Shown here: piece by piece, positions 62,115 to 64,000 of the stretch | Numbering within the stretch: position 1 is the stretch's first letter | How the letters are laid out: every line of letters starts with the position of its first letter | NCBI GenBank assembly: GCA_021613535.1 | Contig: CP075492.1 | Location: forward strand, 6,572,001 to 6,636,000 | Source of the DNA: Adineta vaga | Lineage: Eukaryota > Animalia > Rotifera | Length of the DNA: 64,000 nucleotides | Direction of reading: 5' to 3' | The notes under the pieces: generated by a model | Databases searched by the model: none | What the model was told of the DNA's origin: nothing | The model's input: the letters and a program-made list of their open reading frames with translations, nothing else | Position numbers and translations under genes: made by a program

Positions 62115-64000
62115 AATCTAAAATGGTTGCATTATCATCAAGTGAAGTGATCAATACGATATCCAAATGTGTCAATAAAGAGAATAGAATTATCATTTGT
62201 TTCGATCCTGAAAATGATTTTCCTTCTGAAAAAGAAGATTTCAAGACTCGTCTTGATCAGATAAATGAATTCATTGTATTTCATAAAGACTTAGAATCTT
62301 GCTTGAAATTTATTCAATCCATTGAAAATGAACAAATTTTTCTCGTTACATCTGGTTCAGATGTTTCTCAAATGGTTAACTGCGATCAAATTGATTCTAT
62401 ATTTATTTATTCTATAAGACAAGAGCAATATAAACATTTTCTTGTTCAATATCCACAAATTATTGGTATTTATGATGATATTGATCTTTTATGTTCAGCA
62501 ATTCGAGAAGAAATCAATCGCATGGATGAAAAATTACAAACATGGTGTTTCTGGAATGAAGATGAACATCTTCAACACGATTTATCTAAACAAGCTAATC
62601 CATTTCTATGGCTTCAACTTCTTCATGATGTTATTTTACATTTACCACATGATCATCAATCGAAACAACAATTGTTTGATACTTGTCGAACTTATTATCG
62701 TAATAATTCCAAAGAACTTCTCATGATTGATGAATTTGAACGTAAATATCAATCGAAAGATGCTCTGCATTGGTATTGGAATAATTCTTTTCTTAAAAAA
62801 ATCATTACAAAATCATTACAAACAGAAAATTCTCTTCAACTCTATGCCTTACGATATTTCTTATATGACCTTGTCAATTCTTTCAATAATGAACATCATA
62901 ATTTGATTCAATTGAAGAAAGAAAAATTCATTGTTTATCAAGAAATGAGTCTATCAAATAAAGAATTGAATAGATTAAAAGATAAACAAGGTGCATTGGT
63001 TTCGATGAAAACATTTTTCAATGCAAAAACTGTTTACTCATCGAATACAATAACACCATCGATTGGTATGAAACTTCTTCGTCTTCAAATCGAATGTAAT
63101 CTTGAAGAAAAACTTTCTTTTGCTGAAATTCCTCATATCAATGAAATTCTCTTCAATCTCAATAGTACATTTCGTATTGATAATCTCGAAGAAATTAATG
63201 AACAAACTTGGCTTTTAAAAATGACTACAGTTAATGATGGACAAATGATCAAACAAAAATATATCGATGATACTCTTCGTCAAATTGAAAATCTATCAAT
63301 TTCAATTCTATTCGGTAAACTTTTATGTGATATGAGTCAATGGAAACAATCTCAAACCTATTTCGAATATATACGTAATGATTTACCAAATGAAGATCTT
63401 GCCTGTATTGATTACGATGTTGGTCATGCACTTCATTGGCAAGGTAAATGGATCGAAGCAGAAAAGTATTATCAACGTGCATACGATCGATTGATTCAAT
63501 CAGAACCAAGTCGAATCAAAGAATCTTCACATATACTTTCAAATATCAGTGAATTACAAGAATTGCAAGGTAAATATGATCAAGCATATGATATACAACA
63601 ACAAGCATTTACTATTCGAAAGAATTATTATCCATCAGATCATATACATATTGCATCGAGTTTAGATAATATTGGTCTTATTTATTATCAACAATTGAAA
63701 AATGATGAAGCACTTCTTTTCCTTCGACAAGCATTAACAATTCGTCAAAAATATTATCATCATCAACATGTGGAAATAGCAAATAGTTTGAAAAATATTG
63801 CCTGTGTTTTAACGGATCAACGACAACATGAACAAGCATTAGAATACTATCAACAAGCAATGACTATTTATAAAAACTATTATCCCAATGATCATGTTTA
63901 TATTGCACATATAATGAATAATATTGGATTGATTTTTTTTCGACAGGAGAAATATGATGAAGCAATTGATAATGTACAAAAAGCTCTGAATATTCAAAGA
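62115..64000 (+). CDS. Bdelloid-type ART-like domain + TPR-repeat protein (partial, runs off the window)
   Basis: Stop-free frame from 62115 (ATG 62123) to the window end: IFLVTSG..IDSIFIY, FLWLQL..C..YY..N...IDEFE..Y....ALHWY, degenerate ART core, EILFNLNSTFRI, then 42-aa TPRs (HIHIASSLDNIG..Y; HVEIANSLKNIA). Confidence 0.85.

Noticed and set aside
1-64000. Transposons, tRNA/rRNA genes, CRISPR arrays, prokaryotic operons
   Set aside because: No transposase or RT motifs, terminal repeats, cloverleafs or repeat-spacer arrays were seen; scattered (TA)n/(GA)n tracts are ordinary microsatellites.

Overview
Eukaryotic, very AT-rich, gene-dense genomic DNA with many short (~45-70 nt) GT-AG introns. 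Gene content and style (an ART-like+TPR gene of the type expanded in bdelloids, a fungal-looking intronless dehydrogenase, a bacterial-looking membrane gene that has gained an intron) point to a bdelloid rotifer (Adineta/Rotaria-like); this is inference, not a database result. I can support about 24 protein-coding genes: a PARP-like 3' end, SAM methyltransferase, RPGR, a class-A GPCR, an RVxF protein, Rabin8/RAB3IP, stathmin, AROS, SRSF10-like, Zn-ADH, two tandem ABCB/P-glycoproteins, PLXDC, a calmodulin-like protein, SID1-like, DZIP1, DoxX-like, Neverland/DAF-36, hnRNP K, a dispanin, a KY-amide neuropeptide precursor, HGS/Hrs, a small Cys-rich protein, a Q/N/G-rich protein, AMN1 and a partial ART-TPR gene. 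There is also one intronic C/D snoRNA (U24/snR24). The most notable observations are: the hidden U24 snoRNA and a candidate poison exon in the SR gene; AROS and stathmin only 59 nt apart on the same strand (operon-like or nested); three Rab8/cilium regulators within 42 kb; an intron-spanning gene-conversion tract between the two ABCB paralogues; several HGT candidates; and apparent 1-nt frameshifts in RPGR and HGS. No transposon, tRNA, rRNA or CRISPR array was recognised. All gene models were spliced by eye.
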